64,000 nt of DNA. Origin: a virus (lineage: Duplodnaviria > Caudoviricetes). The notes beneath the pieces are model-generated. The model was not told the DNA's origin. It worked only from the letters and a program-made list of their open reading frames with translations, and made no database searches. The position numbers and the translations under genes were made by a program. This document shows positions 30,509 to 40,589 of this stretch, piece after piece. The number at the start of each line of letters is the position of its first letter. The stretch's first letter is position 1. The DNA lies in IMG/VR virus record IMGVR_UViG_3300033070_001583, positions 1-64,000 of that record, one strand, 5' to 3'.

Positions 30509-31636
30509 ATGTCAGAACTCATACAACTTCGTAAGAAGAATGATGATGTCAATACGAGACATCAAGAATTGACGCAAAAATTCTCAACATGGGGAGACAA
30601 GCTTCTACAACACACAGATGTTCTGAGTATGATTCAGAATCACGGTGAGTTCCGCCCAATCACTGTGCAGCTCAGTCCAACAGAGGCATGCGATTCTGAT
30701 TGCGATTTCTGTTCTGTTGCAGCTAGACCCATCAAATCGAAAATGTCATGGGAAACGATCGAAAAGACGCTGAGACAGTTTGCTCAAATTGGCGCAAAGA
30801 GCGTCGAAATCACAGGCGGAGGTAATCCCATGCTCTACAAAGACTCTGGAAAAACGATCAATGATATCGTCGTGCTGGCAGCCAATCTTGGATTGCAAGT
30901 TGGAATCATTACAAACTCAGAATCCCTCAAGAGACTGAATCCCACTGTATTCGATATGATCAGCTGGATTCGAATCAGTCTTATCAAACTCGATGAGGGA
31001 TGTAGTCCAGAAGATTACGATTTCTGTGGGTTTCCATACGAGAAACTGGGATTTAGTTACATCCTATACGGACCCTCGAGTGCAACACCAATCAAGAAGA
31101 AAGCTGTTCCCGGTACGACGATCGAAACGATTGAAAAGATTTCGAAGCTTGTCGACCTTCACGGTGGGAAAATAAAGTTTGTGCGCTTTGCTGGAAATTG
31201 CCTCGTAAAGGGAAACAATGCAGCGACAAAGAAATCATTTCAACAGATTATTGACGAAAATGATAATTACAAGAAATTTTTTATAAAAGACATTGACTCC
31301 GATGACGACGCATATGACCATGGTTGCTACGTTGGCGCGATTAGACCTTACGTTGCCGCTGATCCTTATGGAAACGGATCGTGGGTGTACACATGCACGT
31401 CGCATGTTCTCAATACACGAACGTACGATACAGATCACGCGTTGTGTCGCCCTGATGATATCGTTTCAACGTGGGCTGAGATGAGCGCAAGATACAGAGA
31501 ACGTGGGTACCCTTACGAGGTGAAAGGAAACTGCGGTAAGGGATGGTCAGAAACGTGTAAATTCTGTTACTACAAATTCAATAATCGTCTTCTTCACACC
31601 GTCGCGCAGCCTATGCCAGATAAGAACTTCGCATGA
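30509..31636 (+). CDS. Radical SAM enzyme with SPASM/twitch-like C-terminus
   Basis: CDSDCDFC (CxxxCxxC), ITGGGNP, IITNS; C-terminal CYVG...VYTC...C...CKFC. Confidence 0.9.
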   Translation: MSELIQLRKKNDDVNTRHQELTQKFSTWGDKLLQHTDVLSMIQNHGEFRPITVQLSPTEACDSDCDFCSVAARPIKSKMSWETIEKTLRQFAQIGAKSVEITGGGNPMLYKDSGKTINDIVVLAANLGLQVGIITNSESLKRLNPTVFDMISWIRISLIKLDEGCSPEDYDFCGFPYEKLGFSYILYGPSSATPIKKKAVPGTTIETIEKISKLVDLHGGKIKFVRFAGNCLVKGNNAATKKSFQQIIDENDNYKKFFIKDIDSDDDAYDHGCYVGAIRPYVAADPYGNGSWVYTCTSHVLNTRTYDTDHALCRPDDIVSTWAEMSARYRERGYPYEVKGNCGKGWSETCKFCYYKFNNRLLHTVAQPMPDKNFA

Positions 31637-32292
31637 CATACAGAGAAATCGATACAACAAAACCGGTTCGACAGGGTACAGAGTATGGAGAATCTTACTA
31701 CACGAGTAAGAACTACGCTGGGTACCTTGAACGGTCTACTCGGTACGAACGGATGGTATCAGACATTCACCACGATGTGTTCAGAAGGGTCGGATTGGAC
31801 TTCGTTAGTAAGCCTGTTCTTGACTTTGGCTGCGCAGCTGGATTCACTGTCGCATCGCTAGGACAGCTTGGGTACAAGTACGTCACTGGGTATGATGTAT
31901 CAGACTGGGCAGTACAATGGGGAAGAGCGAATCTTGGACTCAGTAACCTCACAACGAACGTCAAGTCTGTTGAGGGAAAGTACTGGGCACTCATGCTTGC
32001 ATTCGATGTATTCGAGCATATGAGCGAACCGGTTCTTGCAGAAACACTCTCTACTCTGAAACCAGATCATATTCTTGTAAGAATTCCAGTATCTGAGACA
32101 GACGGCGGTCGATACGTTCTTTCTGTGTCGGAGGCAGACAAAACTCACATTATACGACTCACAAAATCATCTTGGTGTGAGTGGTTCTCGAATCATGGGT
32201 ACACAAGAGTGTTCAGCGTTAACACTGGTGGATTTTACGATTCGGATGGCGTTATGTGTGCAATGTTCAGAAAATCTTCGATAAGATGGTGA
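31633..32292 (+). CDS. Class I SAM-dependent methyltransferase
   Basis: VLDFGCAAGF, TGYDVS, AFDVFEHM. Confidence 0.88.
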   Translation: MTYREIDTTKPVRQGTEYGESYYTSKNYAGYLERSTRYERMVSDIHHDVFRRVGLDFVSKPVLDFGCAAGFTVASLGQLGYKYVTGYDVSDWAVQWGRANLGLSNLTTNVKSVEGKYWALMLAFDVFEHMSEPVLAETLSTLKPDHILVRIPVSETDGGRYVLSVSEADKTHIIRLTKSSWCEWFSNHGYTRVFSVNTGGFYDSDGVMCAMFRKSSIRW

Positions 32293-32293
32293 T

Positions 32294-32653
32294 ATGAAGA
32301 AAACATTTCACGATATCTTCTCTGATCAGTTGAGACTCATTCTTGGAAAATACAGAGATGATCGTCTCAACGATTCAACATGCTCACTGATCTATCAGGA
32401 CATCTATCAACAGTTGCTTGAGGTTCTCAAAGGTTCGTCTCTCAACGTGCATCAAGACACCGTGAACTGGCTTTCACAGCAGTATTATGACGGTATCAAG
32501 ATAAACGGTAATAGCTCGCTGAATCCTAACATCTTTACAAAGAGACCGAATCTTACAGATCTTCCTACAAAAGATCTTGTAGTCCTGCTTGCAATGACGC
32601 AAAAGACAGGTTTTGCTCGCGATGTTGCAGAGGAGCTCAAAAAGCGTGGATTA
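32294..32653 (+). CDS. Hypothetical protein (119 aa, TTA stop)
   Basis: Ends EELKKRG then TTA at 32651..32653, the reverse complement of the convergent gene's TAA. Confidence 0.65.
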
Positions 32654-33421
32654 GATACCTCGTGGGTTCTTTAGCATACCGCGTGCAGCAAGATCATAAA
32701 TGAGAGATGACGTAGTGATGTGACCAATCACTCCCCTTGATCCCCCGCCAGCTGCAGCAGGTCCAACGGGAGGCTTAGCAAGCCAGAATCTTCCGTTGCT
32801 CTGCTTGATTGTTCTTTCACAGTTCTTTATGCACTGTCCTCCTTCATCAACTTGTCCACCATCAACTGATTTCAGGAGAGTTCCATCTGGAGAAACTTCT
32901 TTACACACAAGAACGTGTTCGAATCCTCCTCCAGCGGCTCCTCCAATGAGAACAATATCTCCCGCTCCTGGAAGTACGAGCTTGTCGCCAGGAACCCAGT
33001 ACTGACGGCCAAGCTGCTTTGATAGTTTTTGTGCGCCGGCAACGAAATATTCAATACTCTTTGCGACTGCCCACTTTGATGCTTCCTCTTGCTTTGAGAT
33101 GTCGCCATCGAGATTATCATCATCTCTGTTCGTGAACTTATCGATTTCAACTCCCGAAATCGACAGAACAATACCTGCAAGATCCGTGCAAGCCGTATAT
33201 CCTGCCCATACATGACGACCCTCTGTCATCAAAAACAGCTTTGCAATCTGCAGTTCAGTCGCACCTGGTTTCTGAGTTCCATCCGAGAAATACTCTGCAG
33301 TTCTTACGATTGCTTCCTGAATTCCCTCACCAGACATTGAAGTAAAGTCGACAGACGAGAACTGTGACATCACAAGTTCTGTCAAACGTTTCCTCTGAGA
33401 AATCCATTGTTGAAAATTCAT
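32651..33421 (-). CDS. CHAP/NlpC-P60-like cysteine hydrolase (putative peptidoglycan hydrolase)
   Basis: TACTDL (Cys), GDIVLI, FEHVLVC (His), SVDGGQ; RBS AGGTGAG before the ATG at 33421. Confidence 0.6.
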   Translation of the reverse strand: MNFQQWISQRKRLTELVMSQFSSVDFTSMSGEGIQEAIVRTAEYFSDGTQKPGATELQIAKLFLMTEGRHVWAGYTACTDLAGIVLSISGVEIDKFTNRDDDNLDGDISKQEEASKWAVAKSIEYFVAGAQKLSKQLGRQYWVPGDKLVLPGAGDIVLIGGAAGGGFEHVLVCKEVSPDGTLLKSVDGGQVDEGGQCIKNCERTIKQSNGRFWLAKPPVGPAAAGGGSRGVIGHITTSSLIYDLAARGMLKNPRGI

Positions 33422-33447
33422 AACGCTCACCTAAGAATAGATACCAA

Positions 33448-34395
33448 ATGAAGGTTTATTTTGACAACGTCGACTTCAACTCACGAACTGGTCCGAATAC
33501 ATTCGCGATCAGACTGGCCCAGGCGCTCGGTTACAAATCAGTGACAATCGCTGATAGCGATGATTATGACATTGCGCTTTCTTTCATCGAACCGTCTTCT
33601 GCTTTGAATAAAGACAAACCGTATGTTTTGAGACTCGACGGTTTCTGGTTTTCCCCGAAAGACTGGTCAACTCGTAATGTATCAATGAAGTCAGCGCATG
33701 AGAGTGCAGCTGCTGTAGTTTATCAGTCAGAGTTTGATAAAAAATTCTGTCAGACGGCTTTTGGAAAGCCAAAATCAGAGCACGTTATCTTGAACGGTTC
33801 TTCAATTGGAAATCCAATTGCTGATGATTCTCTCTTGCGTCTGAGAAAGGAATACGATCAATTGTGGTGCTGCTCTGCAAACTGGCATGCACAGAAGAGA
33901 TTTGAAGAAAATTATCGTCTCTTGAAGCACGTTAGAGAGAAGACTGGAATGAAAATCGGTATGATCGTCCTCGGTAAGGATCCTCCAATTAACATGTCAG
34001 CGAAGGATCGTGATGTATTTTACACAGGTAGCGTCGGTCACTATCAATGCATGAAAATATACGGAGCATGTGACTGGATGGTTCACATGGCCTGGCTGGA
34101 TCACTGTCCAAATACTGTTGTTGAAGCCCTATCGGTTGGTACACCGGTGATTGTAGCAGGATCTGGAGGTACTCCAGAGCTTGTTTCTGCTACGGATGGT
34201 GGTATTGTCATACCGGACACTGAGTTTGACTTCACTCCGAACGATTACGAAAATCCCCCTCCCGTGCTCGGTATTGATTCATTCGAGCTGCCGAGAAACA
34301 AGATCTTCCCGAATATGGATGGAGTCGATATCAGAATTGTCGCTGACAAATACATAGAAGTGTTTGAAATGGTACTCGGTACCAAAGTACAATAA
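33448..34395 (+). CDS. GT4-family glycosyltransferase
   Basis: VILNGS, DHCPNTVVEALSVGTPVI...GGTPELV. Confidence 0.88.
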   Translation: MKVYFDNVDFNSRTGPNTFAIRLAQALGYKSVTIADSDDYDIALSFIEPSSALNKDKPYVLRLDGFWFSPKDWSTRNVSMKSAHESAAAVVYQSEFDKKFCQTAFGKPKSEHVILNGSSIGNPIADDSLLRLRKEYDQLWCCSANWHAQKRFEENYRLLKHVREKTGMKIGMIVLGKDPPINMSAKDRDVFYTGSVGHYQCMKIYGACDWMVHMAWLDHCPNTVVEALSVGTPVIVAGSGGTPELVSATDGGIVIPDTEFDFTPNDYENPPPVLGIDSFELPRNKIFPNMDGVDIRIVADKYIEVFEMVLGTKVQ

Positions 34396-34398
34396 AGC

Positions 34399-35496
34399 AT
34401 GTATGATTTCCTGATTGTTGGATGCGGACTCTTTGGAGCGACATTCGCTCAGCAGGCAATCGCAAATGGGAAGAAAGTTCTCATTGTTGATGTGAGAGAA
34501 CATATCGCTGGAAACTGTTACACAGAGAGAAAGCATAACATCGACGTACACAAGTACGGCCCACACATTTTCCACACGTCGAATAAAGCGATATGGGAGT
34601 ACGTACAGCGTTTCTCGGAATTCAATTCGTATCGGCACCACGGGCGTGCACGAGTTGGAGATACTGTATACTCGTTTCCCATCAATTTGATGACGCTTCA
34701 GAGCGTGTATGGTGTCAAAACTCCAGACGAAGCAGAGGCTCTATTCGCAGAGTTTCATAAGTCTGCGTCAGATCTCGACATCACGAATCTTGAAGGGTGG
34801 GCGATCTCTCAGATCGGTGAGAAGCTCTACGAGATGTTCGTAAAGGGTTACACTCAGAAACAGTGGGGTCGCGATCCTAAAGAGCTTCCTGCATCCATCA
34901 TTCGTAGAATTCCTGTAAGGATGACGTACGATGATCGGTATTTCAACGATGTGTATAACGGAATTCCAGTTGACGGTTATACTGGAATGGTTCGGAATAT
35001 GATCGAGGGAGCTGATGTCGTTCTCGGTTTCGATTATCTCAAGGACAGAAACAAGTACTCCGCTCATCACACGATCTTCACAGGTCCAATCGATGCTTAC
35101 TACGAATACAAATTCGGTAAGCTAGAGTACAGAACGCTGAGATTCGAAGAAGAGACTCACGAAACTCAGTTCTATCAGGGTGCAAGCATCATCAACTACA
35201 ACGATGTATCTGTACCATACACACGAATCACAGAACACAAGATGTTCACACTGGAACGTGGTTCTGATCGCACGATCATAACGAAAGAGTATCCTGACGA
35301 GTGGACACACGGTAAAGAACCCTTCTATCCCATTGCATGTATTAGAAACAAGACAATGCTTCAGTGGTATCAGGGTCTTGCAAATTCAGAGAGTAACGTA
35401 ACATTCGGAGGGCGATTGGGCACTTACCAGTATTACGACATGCATCAAGTAATCGCGCAAGCGCTTACAATGTCAAAGAAATTTTTTAGCAAATGA
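34399..35496 (+). CDS. glf: UDP-galactopyranose mutase
   Basis: DFLIVGCGLFG, HIAGNCY, HKYGPHIFHT, GYTQKQWG, KLEYRTL, FGGRLGTYQYYDMHQVIAQAL. Confidence 0.97.
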   Translation: MYDFLIVGCGLFGATFAQQAIANGKKVLIVDVREHIAGNCYTERKHNIDVHKYGPHIFHTSNKAIWEYVQRFSEFNSYRHHGRARVGDTVYSFPINLMTLQSVYGVKTPDEAEALFAEFHKSASDLDITNLEGWAISQIGEKLYEMFVKGYTQKQWGRDPKELPASIIRRIPVRMTYDDRYFNDVYNGIPVDGYTGMVRNMIEGADVVLGFDYLKDRNKYSAHHTIFTGPIDAYYEYKFGKLEYRTLRFEEETHETQFYQGASIINYNDVSVPYTRITEHKMFTLERGSDRTIITKEYPDEWTHGKEPFYPIACIRNKTMLQWYQGLANSESNVTFGGRLGTYQYYDMHQVIAQALTMSKKFFSK

Positions 35497-35879
35497 AGAT
35501 AAAAGAAAAGCTCACAGATCGTGATCTCGCGCAGATCACGCACAATGTTGTACGAGCATGTTCGTATGATGAATCATGTAGTGTTACGACTGAAATGTTG
35601 GATTATTTTCTGAATCTCGATATTCAAGATGATCTCAGCGTATCAGTGATGTCAAATCCCGTTGAGCTGGTACCAACTAAAAAAAGTGAATTTGAAGCAG
35701 TCTGTTCAGAGTCTCACAAGGCGGGTACGGGACCTGATGATAGGGAGACGTTTGCGAAGCATTTCAAAGGTGTTGTAACAAGCAGATATGCTCTCGGGTA
35801 CAAAAAACTGTGGATCTACTGCTCAATGTTCTCAAAATCTGGGCAGTTTTGGTGTAGAATTGGATGGAGTAGAAAATGA
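35493..35879 (+). CDS. Hypothetical protein
   Basis: ATGA-coupled on both sides; no motif recognised. Confidence 0.55.
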   Translation: MKIKEKLTDRDLAQITHNVVRACSYDESCSVTTEMLDYFLNLDIQDDLSVSVMSNPVELVPTKKSEFEAVCSESHKAGTGPDDRETFAKHFKGVVTSRYALGYKKLWIYCSMFSKSGQFWCRIGWSRK

Positions 35880-36259
35880 CAGTCATCGGCGATCAAATCA
35901 ATATCTCTTCGATCAGAGCAAACATGGATGGCCCGGGCTTTGCAGCCACAAAGGGCGCAGTCGTACCGCAATACGAGATGCTTGAGAGAGCGATCAACAT
36001 CAAGCTACCTGCGAATGTCACCGCAAAGTTGATGATGAATCCCAGCGAAAATATCTGGGACGATACAGGAAAAGCAGTACCTGCCCAAGCGAGCGTGATT
36101 CGGATCTGCTCAGCTAGTGAAAACCCAGTGCAAGTTTTGCAGATGATGATCGACAATCAGAGCAAAACTTCTAAAAATAACATATTCTGCATCTACTGGT
36201 TGCTTTTTCAAGGACCTGATAACAACTGGTTTACAAGAAGCGCTTGGGTAAAATGCTTA
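35876..36259 (+). CDS. Hypothetical protein (127 aa, TTA stop; track extends it to 36499)
   Basis: TTA at 36257 turns a 256-nt track overlap with the next gene into a 7-nt ATGCTTA overlap. Confidence 0.6.
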
Positions 36260-37065
36260 AATTTCCGACAGGAAAGAAGCATATATCGTACTCAGAATTC
36301 AGAATGTGGAAGGAGTGCACGTACAGACATTTCCTTACTCACGTTGAACGCGTTGATGATACGAAAGATGAGAACCCAACTCTCGCATTCGGTACGTCAA
36401 TGCACAAGTTTTGCGAGTTGTATTTTTCAACGAGAGATCACACCGCAAGCATCAAATCTGCGATTTCCGAGTTCGAATCAGCATGGGAGTCAGGTCTAAA
36501 GTCAAAAGACAGAGCCGTCTTCACAGAAAAGGAGAAGAAGAGATGCATTACGAATCTCATCAACTTCAGTGTAGACATACCTGAGTGGTTTGACGAGAAA
36601 TTTCCAGGTTGGAAACTGATCGCAACTGAAGCTGCGATCATGACGCCAGTCGATGAGGAGCACGGGACGGCCGGATATTCCTTCAAAGGATTCATCGACA
36701 TCGTAATCGAATATGATGGAGACACATGGATTCTTGATTGGAAAACATCAAACAAGGGATGGTCATCATCGAAGCGTAATGATGAGCTAACTCACAAGCA
36801 GCTTCAAATGTATGCAGCGTATTACAAGTCTCTTGGACTTCCTCAACCTGGCAATATCAGAGGCGGCTTCGTAATTCTGAACAGATCTGCTGAACTTGGT
36901 GACAGGTCTTGCGATCTCGTAGAGATCAATCTTGACGAGACAAAACAGCAGGACGGTAAGAAATCAATCAAGCACATGCTGAAAGTCATTGAGCGAGGAA
37001 TCAGCATAAAAGATAAATCGGCTTGTTTCTTTTGTCCGTACACAAAAACAGAACATTGCCCATTA
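36253..37065 (+). CDS. PD-(D/E)XK nuclease, Cas4/AddB-like with four Cys (270 aa, TTA stop)
   Basis: ISYSE...ECTYRH, FGTSMH, GFIDIV...ILDWKTS, QLQMYA, C-terminal CFFCPY...HCP then TTA. Confidence 0.88.
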
Positions 37066-37112
37066 TCTGTTTATTTATAACGGAATCTTGCGTACAGTAT
37101 TGCCAACAGTAC

Positions 37113-38369
37113 ATGGCAATCGCAAAACGCAAGATTCTGATGATCTCGGATCACCCTCTGTGTTCAAGCGGAGTTGGAACTCAGTCTAGATATCTCACAC
37201 ACGGATTGATATCGACTGGAAAGTACACTTTTCGCTGCCTCGGTGCTGCGCAGAAGCACGATAGTTACGAGGACGTTGCTCCACTACCTGATCTCATTAT
37301 CAAACCAATCAATGGGTTTGGCGATAGAGACATGCTCCGTGGATTGCTGATCAACGAGCGTCCAGATGCTCTTCTAATTTTCAACGATCCCAGATTTTTT
37401 ATCTGGGCATGGGAGATGGAAGATGAGATTCATCAAATCTGTCCGATCGTTTACAATCATCTTTGGGACAATCTTCCAGTACCAAGTTTCAACAAAGTAC
37501 TGTATGAGTCGACGGATCTGATCAACTGCATCAATTACGATACGTACAGTTTCGTTTCGAAATGGTTTCCCGAGAAAACTAATTACGTTCCTCACGCGCT
37601 ACCCACGAATCTGTTTCATCCTCTGCCAGAACAAAACAGAAACGAAGCAAGAGAAAAATTGCTCGGTAGCGATAAGAAGGATAATTTTCTCCTTCTGTGG
37701 GTGAACAGAAATGCTAGAAGAAAGCAGCCAGGAGATCTTCTCGCTGGATGGAAGCAATTCGTCGATAATCACGTATCTGAGCACGGAACAAAACCAGCCG
37801 CAACACTGATCATGCACACTGATCCGTTCGATATGGAAGGACCGAATCTCGTTGAAATCGTAAAGCTTCTCGAGCTCGAAGACTCAGTGAGATTTTCGAA
37901 CGCAAGATGCGATTTCTCTGACATGAACATGATGTACAATGCAGCAGATGCTGTCATTAACGTCTCGTCTGCTGAGGGTTTTGGTCTCAGTACACTCGAA
38001 GCAATGTATGCTGGTAAGCCGATCATCGCGCATGCGACAGGTGGACTCAAACGTCAGGTTCGCGATTACAAAACAGACGAGCTGTACGGAGTTGAACTTG
38101 TTCCAGATGTCAAATCTCTAGTAGGCACCCAGATGTGTCCGTTCATATACGAGGATTTCCTTTCGCACAAATCAATTGCGAATGGAATCATGCAAATGTA
38201 TAACAAAAGTCACAGTGAACGTGTTAGCATTGGCAAGAGAGCAATGGAATATGCTCACAGAGAATATAACATGGATTCACTGATCAAGTCTTGGGACGAT
38301 ACTTTGACGAACACTATCGACGCTTGGAAAGCAAACAAGAGCAGATCATGGTCGCAGGTGACTCTATGA
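37113..38369 (+). CDS. GT4-family glycosyltransferase
   Basis: KILMISDHP...SGVG, VNRNARRKQ, SSAEGFGLSTLEAMYAGKPII. Confidence 0.92.
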   Translation: MAIAKRKILMISDHPLCSSGVGTQSRYLTHGLISTGKYTFRCLGAAQKHDSYEDVAPLPDLIIKPINGFGDRDMLRGLLINERPDALLIFNDPRFFIWAWEMEDEIHQICPIVYNHLWDNLPVPSFNKVLYESTDLINCINYDTYSFVSKWFPEKTNYVPHALPTNLFHPLPEQNRNEAREKLLGSDKKDNFLLLWVNRNARRKQPGDLLAGWKQFVDNHVSEHGTKPAATLIMHTDPFDMEGPNLVEIVKLLELEDSVRFSNARCDFSDMNMMYNAADAVINVSSAEGFGLSTLEAMYAGKPIIAHATGGLKRQVRDYKTDELYGVELVPDVKSLVGTQMCPFIYEDFLSHKSIANGIMQMYNKSHSERVSIGKRAMEYAHREYNMDSLIKSWDDTLTNTIDAWKANKSRSWSQVTL

Positions 38370-39547
38370 AGATCCTACTCAGAGCTCCATTGCTCACACA
38401 GTCTGGTTACGGTGTACACTCACGTCAGGTGTATGATTGGCTGAAAAGCGTTACAAAGACATTTGACTGTGCTCCACTAAACTGGGGTAACACTGCGTGG
38501 TATCTCGATCGAGATGCTCTCGATGGTAGAATCGGTGAGATTATTGATAGATCGAGAGCAATCCAGCAAAGCTATGACGTATCCATACAGCTACAACTAC
38601 CAGATGAGTGGGATATCAGAATTGCAAAAATCAACATCGGTATAACGGCGGGAGTTGAAACAGATTTCTGTAATCCGCTTTGGATTGATTACGTCAACAG
38701 AATGTCGCTTGTGATTGTGCCAAGTCAGCATACAAAAAATGCATTCGTAAAATCTGCAAAACTGTATGACAAAGAGATCACGACTCAGATTTGCGTGATT
38801 CCTGAGTTTTACGAGAAAGAATACGTAAAGCCAGCAACCGGTTCTGTGCTAGATCTGAGCAAGAATTTCAATTTTCTTATTGTCGGTCAGCTTACTGATC
38901 ACAAGGAAAATCGCGATAGAAAAAATAACATGGCGACAGTGAGAGCGCTTCTAGAAGAGTTCACTCCAGATGATGACGTTGGAGTCGTCATCAAAACAAA
39001 TTCTTCTAGAAATACGAAGATCGATCGTGCAGTTACACAAAAGTGTATTGAAGATGTTGTAAACTCGACTCGCTCGAAGCTGAAACGAGACACCATTCCA
39101 ATCGTGTATGTTCATGGAAACATGACAAACGAAGAAATGAATAACGTCTATCGTGATGAGCGTATCAAAGCTTATGTGAATCTTACGAGCGGAGAAGGAT
39201 TTGGACTTCCGATTATGGAAGCGGCCCTTGCAGGGCTTCCTGTGATCGCCACCGACTGGTCTGCACACACTGAATACCTTGGCGATCGTTTCTCAAAGGT
39301 ATCGTATAGACTGAAGCACATTCCGAATGAGAAGGTCGACGGAAGAATCTTCGTCGCTGGCTCTTCTTGGGCAAAGCCAGATATGACTGATTTTGCAAAG
39401 AAAGCGCGCGCGCTTGTTTCTGATGAAACATCGTACACGCTAGCGAAGATGTCAGCTAGGGCTAAATCAGAGCATCTGAAAGATATTCTTTCGAGCAAGA
39501 AAGTTTTCTATCAGTACTCGCAGCTGCTTGGTAAAATCATCAAATGA
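38366..39547 (+). CDS. GT4-family glycosyltransferase
   Basis: SGYGVHSR, DRKN, TSGEGFGLPIMEAALAGLPVIATDWSAH. Confidence 0.92.
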   Translation: MKILLRAPLLTQSGYGVHSRQVYDWLKSVTKTFDCAPLNWGNTAWYLDRDALDGRIGEIIDRSRAIQQSYDVSIQLQLPDEWDIRIAKINIGITAGVETDFCNPLWIDYVNRMSLVIVPSQHTKNAFVKSAKLYDKEITTQICVIPEFYEKEYVKPATGSVLDLSKNFNFLIVGQLTDHKENRDRKNNMATVRALLEEFTPDDDVGVVIKTNSSRNTKIDRAVTQKCIEDVVNSTRSKLKRDTIPIVYVHGNMTNEEMNNVYRDERIKAYVNLTSGEGFGLPIMEAALAGLPVIATDWSAHTEYLGDRFSKVSYRLKHIPNEKVDGRIFVAGSSWAKPDMTDFAKKARALVSDETSYTLAKMSARAKSEHLKDILSSKKVFYQYSQLLGKIIK

Positions 39548-39846
39548 TCTACCTGATCTCATTCATTGCGATCATTGAGCTGATCGCAATCATAATTCTT
39601 GCAAGAAAATGCTACCAGTTTGGTATTATGATTCTCGGAATAGAGAACAGAATCGAAAGATGCATTGATTCTCTGAATGATTGCAATCGAAAGATCAAAT
39701 CAAATCCGCATTACATGCTGTTTGAAGATCCTAGGATCAATGCAGCTCTCGATGTTGTCGTAATAGCTCGCACGAGCATTGATAATGTAGCAAAATTGCT
39801 ACAGTCAAGTTTTGAAGAATTCAAGAAGGAGGCTGAAAATGAGTGA
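39544..39846 (+). CDS. Small membrane protein with an N-terminal TM helix
   Basis: MIYLISFIAIIELIAIIILA followed by a coiled coil. Confidence 0.6.
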   Translation: MIYLISFIAIIELIAIIILARKCYQFGIMILGIENRIERCIDSLNDCNRKIKSNPHYMLFEDPRINAALDVVVIARTSIDNVAKLLQSSFEEFKKEAENE

Positions 39847-40588
39847 AACAGTAGAAACAGCGGTTACGGAGCTAAAGAAACCAGCACCAAAGCGCAGAAG
39901 AAAAAAGAATACAGATCCGACAAAGCATTATTTCAATGCAGACACATCTGCTGCGATTGTCGAGTACTGCTCTGAAACTGATCGCAAAAAGAAAGAAGCT
40001 GTTTACATTTCGCGAATCAGACCTGCCTTCACAAAGCTTGTTGAGAACCTGATCAACATCCACAAGTTTACATCAATGCACGATTCGCAGGCGGATCTCA
40101 GAGACGACTGTGTGACTTATTTGTTCGAGACAATGACGAAATTCGATCCATCGCGAGGAAGCAATGCGTTCAGTTACTTCAACGTCGTCGCAAAGAATCT
40201 TCTCATTGTGAAAGTAAAAGACAAAACTCAGAAGATGAGACGATATGTCTCTCTCGATGATCAGATGTCACAAAATGATCTTGAGAAGGTGGAAAGTACA
40301 AATAAGACGTTTCTTGATCCATCGATTCTTTGTCAATCAACAGAATCCAAGAAAGCTCTCGTTGAACGGCTTAACAAGATGATTGTGATCATGGATAATT
40401 CCATTGATCGTGTTGTTATCGACGCAATCAAAAGTTTGCTTGAATCTGCGGATGATATCGACATCATGGGACGATCGGCTGCGATGATGTACATGAGAGA
40501 AGTGACCGGTCTCCCAATGAAACAGCTTACAAGCGTGATCAGACGTATCAAAAAAAGATATGACCAAATAAATAAATGGGAGATTTGA
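39839..40588 (+). CDS. Phage sigma70-like factor (region 2 type)
   Basis: DLRDDCVTYLFETMTKFDPSRGSNAFSYFNVVAKN matches sigma region 2 (KFDP.RG..FSTY). Confidence 0.75.
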   Translation: MSETVETAVTELKKPAPKRRRKKNTDPTKHYFNADTSAAIVEYCSETDRKKKEAVYISRIRPAFTKLVENLINIHKFTSMHDSQADLRDDCVTYLFETMTKFDPSRGSNAFSYFNVVAKNLLIVKVKDKTQKMRRYVSLDDQMSQNDLEKVESTNKTFLDPSILCQSTESKKALVERLNKMIVIMDNSIDRVVIDAIKSLLESADDIDIMGRSAAMMYMREVTGLPMKQLTSVIRRIKKRYDQINKWEI

Positions 40589-40589
40589 A

